Assembly: GCA_025786725.1 (NCBI GenBank)
Contig: JAHLTZ010000030.1
Span: 186,001 to 250,000 of the forward strand
DNA length: 64,000 nt
From: Syncephalis fuscata S228
Taxonomy: Eukaryota; Fungi; Zoopagomycota
Direction: 5' to 3'
The notes beneath the pieces are model-generated. The model was not told the DNA's origin. It ran no database searches and saw only the letters and a program-made list of their open reading frames with translations. Made by a program: the position numbers and the translations under genes. Below are positions 57,871 to 64,000 of the stretch, piece after piece; position 1 is the first letter of the stretch, and each line of letters begins with the position of its first letter.

Positions 57871-58476
57871 GAAATGGTACATATAGGAAGGGAAACATAA
57901 CAGATAGGCATGGTATAGCTACTTACTATTGAATATAATCAAGCATAAAGACGCGTTGTAGTATAAAGATAACAATAATAAAGCACTAATATTACAGAAA
58001 AGAAAAAAGAAAGAATAAAGAATAAACAATGGATGTTTTAATTTTTATTTATTTATTCTATTTATTAGTTAGATTACACGCAGGGGATAGACCCTTCTAA
58101 TACACCCACGCTTATTCTATCTATTACATCAGTGATCCGATAGTTTTTAATCTCAAGGTTGGGGATCACTTCGATGATTCGCTCGGCCATTGAATCGACT
58201 GACCTGTAATTTATATGGTAGTATATTACTGAGCATATATGCACACACGCACACACACACATCATCTACTCGCCTCACTCGTTACTGATTCGTGCACAGA
58301 TATAACGACCTCTGAGTGGTGAGTGAGTGAGTGTGTGTGTGTGGCCAGTTAGCCTTTTCGTCCGCTCGTTTCTCTTTCTTGTACTCGTTTTAGTTCAGCT
58401 TCTTCTTCTACGAGAACGACAACGATTTACTCGCGTATACTCGCTACTTACTATATACTATCTACACTTTCTAGTG

Positions 58477-60771
<2,295 letters not shown>

Positions 60772-61033
60772 TTCATGAATTAAAAACAATGTGTTTATTG
60801 AATCTTTATCTTCTTCATCAAAGTGTTTATATTTTCACTCTTACGTATAAACAACAATATTCACAGACACATGCTTGTGGCATAGTATAATGTAGTTTAT
60901 AATTATGCAATTAGAAATCCTATAAACTAAATATAAACAAACAAACAAACAAAAATGTTAATTAACTAATATTTAATAATATACATAATAAATTACTTAC
61001 CTTTGAGATAATAGTTGCTTTAACACCATCACG

Positions 61034-62827
61034 CTATTCTTCTTCTACTACTCCTGTTTTGTTCTTTATCGTATCATCATCGACTATTTTTGCATCGGCA
61101 AGTTGTTCAGTCACCTCGCTCACTTGTACTATGCTTGAATCTACCGGTGTGCTGATCTGTGCTGTTTTAGTGATGGTCGTTGTACTAGTGCCGTCATCAG
61201 AAACGACCGTCTCGGTTGTTGCCGTCATTACCGTCATCTCGGTAGCAATAATATCGGCGGCAGTGAGTGCGGCTGCACCTGCATCGGCAACCGGTGCTAA
61301 TATTTTTGTCTCTTCAACTGCCAGTATAGCTGGACCGGCAGCCAACTTTGCTTCATATTGTTCCTGTGACAATAATCTCGACCAGTCACAGCTACCATCT
61401 TCACCCAGCACTTCAAGACGGTGATAGAATGTACGCGAACGGATATACGGGTCGAGTTTAAAGTAGACCACGTTCATTTCAGCAGCTATTTGATCACGTT
61501 TTTTAAATGCTTCGGCACCTGCATCACTGCCATCCTTTGCCGCAGCTGCTTCGTTGATCCAGGTACGGGTCGTGGCGAGGAACTTATCGGTAAATATAGC
61601 AAATTCAGCTCGTCGTGTGGCACGTCCCTCTTCATCATGTAGACGTAGATCATCTTCTTCACGTGGTGGTGGATAATAGTACTCGTACGTATCCGTACCA
61701 CCAAGACGAGGCGGTAGATCCTCGGCTGCAATAAACTCTTGTAAATCGGTCAATTTACGTGCACAGTGGAACTTTGACGCCACAACTGGATCCAACCATG
61801 GGTTAATCATTTGCCAAATACCCCAGAAGATAAGCGGCGCATTAGACACCATATAAACCCCCAGTGACTCTGGATAATAAGCTTGGAAGCACTGAACAAT
61901 AAACTTAACAAATCGGTAATCCATATTACTCATAGTAAAGTCAGCCAAATCAAACAGAATATCGGCTGTCTCGACAGGTGCATGGATCATTAAACGAGCC
62001 GTTTCCATGACCCAAATGGTAAATCGACGAATATCATTGAATGGCTGCAAATCCTTGTTATGAAAACGTACATTAATATAACTATAATAATAGCAATAAT
62101 AAAAATTAGTTAATTAAACAATAAATGCATATATTACTTACCAAACAGGTCGTTTGTTATGATCAGTATTGTGAATATACGATTGACCAATTGTTAATGG
62201 ACGTGTATTCAATCCGGCTTCACCCTCTCTAATGATACCGGCCACGTCTTCACGTATACGCCATTGAAGGGTTGTCATAGCCACGCCCAATGCCTTAACA
62301 ACGGACCATTTACGGGCCCGTAGAAATCGCAACAATAAACTATCTGGATGATCGTGCATAATTAGATTCCAAAACTCTTGTTGCAACTCTTCAAGTGACA
62401 CGGGTCGCTTTGAACTGCACGTAACATCTTCGTCTTCGGCGTCGGCTGCTTTGGGACGAGCCATTGAGGTAACGGTACTCAATCCATTGGCCAGACCGCC
62501 CCAAAAGCCGCCCTTCTTTTTGGGTGCGTTATCTTCAGCCGCAGCCGCCGCCGCCGCAGCTGCAGCTTCAGCTTCGGCATCCTCTGCCGGTGTGGCAGTA
62601 GCGGTATCGCCATTTCGCTTCAACACAATATCCACAAAGGCCTCCTCAATACCCAGCGATTTAATACGCTGTTGATCGTCATAGAGAAAGGCCAATAAAC
62701 CATCCCACATTTGACGTAGACATTCTTGTTGGGCCGTAGTAAGTGCGCCTAAATGACCATAGGGCCGTCCATCTTCAGTCTTGGTGCCCATGGCCGTAGC
62801 CGCTTCTTGTTCAACACTGTTCGACAT
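61034..62827 (-). CDS. CRAL-TRIO/Sec14-family lipid-binding protein (Csr1/Sfh2-like), 2 exons
   Basis: HPDSLLLRFLRARKWSV, FDLADFTMSNMDY, FQAYYPESLG, WLDPVVASK, LDPYIRSRTFYHR. Confidence 0.92.
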
Positions 62828-64000
62828 GATATCGTAGATGGACAAATAGAGTCGTTGCTGCTATAATTGTTGTTGTTGTTGTTGTTATTGTTTTCAACAA
62901 ATAGTAATCACAACTATAACCAAATAGATATTAGTATTGCAATAGTGTCTAAAAAACAATTTGTTGTTGTCGTTATATTAAAACAAGCAGACAAGTGATG
63001 CATTAAGCAAAAGTTTTACGCTTTTACTACATTTGATACCGCGAAACTAGCACAACAATTGCCTGTGCCAGATGAAACTTGCCCTTACAAGTGTCAGATG
63101 TATATTACTAATAATACCCACACGTTATGACGTAAATAATAGCACTAATAGCTTTCAATAGTCTTCAATGATACAATAGTATTATAGTAATACAATTATT
63201 AATGGCTCATATACCCCCATACTACTTCTATTCACCATTCCACTCTCTAGCTAGTCACCAGTCCTTCTTCTCTTTTATAAACAGCTGAATAAACTTACAT
63301 GAAAGAGTTAGGTAGTAAAGAGGTGCCAATAACAATGGGGAGAGATGAGAATAATAGTGGTTTATCTTGCAATTGTGGTCGGCTGTGCGTCACGAGTCTT
63401 TTAAATGATGCGGATAAAAATAGACCGAGCCCTTCAGCTGATTAAACAAGAACTGTCAATAGAAGGAAAAGTTACTATTTATTTCCACCAATCGCTACTT
63501 TTAATTCAGCTATTTTACAGACGAATTAGCATAATAACAATGCTATTAACATTATTAATACTGTTAATGTTGCTAATAATAAAGAATTTATTGTTTATTG
63601 TTTATTGTTTATGGATAATAGAATACAAGTGTACACAATCCCTTTATATCATATAGTGTAACCATGCTGTATCTATAAACCACTGCAATTATAGTTTTAC
63701 TTAACCAAGCTGCTATTGCAGTATCGCTTGAATCATCATGTGGGATTATATGAGGATTGGTTACGGTAAAAAAAAACGCAAAAATCATACCCCATTTAAA
63801 GTTTAACAAAATAGTCTGTTGGGAAAACTGGCTTAGTGTAAAATTGCATCTATATGGTCATTAGATTATTTCAAATATAGCCAATAGTCATTCAATGGCA
63901 TGACCAAAGCTAGTAAGAGGAGGGATAGTGACATAATTCATAGTACTTGGGTGCAAAATAGCCAGTAGCCTAAAAACACTAACTATTTAATGCTGTTGAA

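Overview
AT-rich, intron-dense fungal genomic DNA with short GT-AG introns and CTAAY branch points. The gene content (secreted tyrosinase, PLC-like, ricin-B and kinase-like proteins) suggests an early-diverging, Zoopagomycota/Syncephalis-like parasite; this is inference. Housekeeping genes: poly(A) polymerase, SRAP/HMCES, U1-70K, an SLC26 transporter, a zf-HIT protein, PHB2, DBP4, LPD1, a CRAL-TRIO protein, and candidate Scm3 and Sld7 homologues. These alternate with secreted effector-like genes, two FAD monooxygenase paralogues, Mutator-like relics and an intronic snoRNA cluster. The standout is 48980-52243. It looks like an ~81-bp tandem repeat but reads as a 40-exon micro-exon gene: a signal/pro-peptide exon, 38 micro-exons (36 of 3 nt, 2 of 6 nt) each bounded by intact splice sites, and an 8-nt last exon. 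Splicing by hand gives a stop-free 73-aa precursor of an 8-Cys/4-Trp secreted peptide (DGSESTECQECIDKCWRECGNWCDYMWECRNWCANYGETCTS). Several conserved genes carry single-base frameshifts that look like assembly errors. All calls were made by eye; no searches were run.
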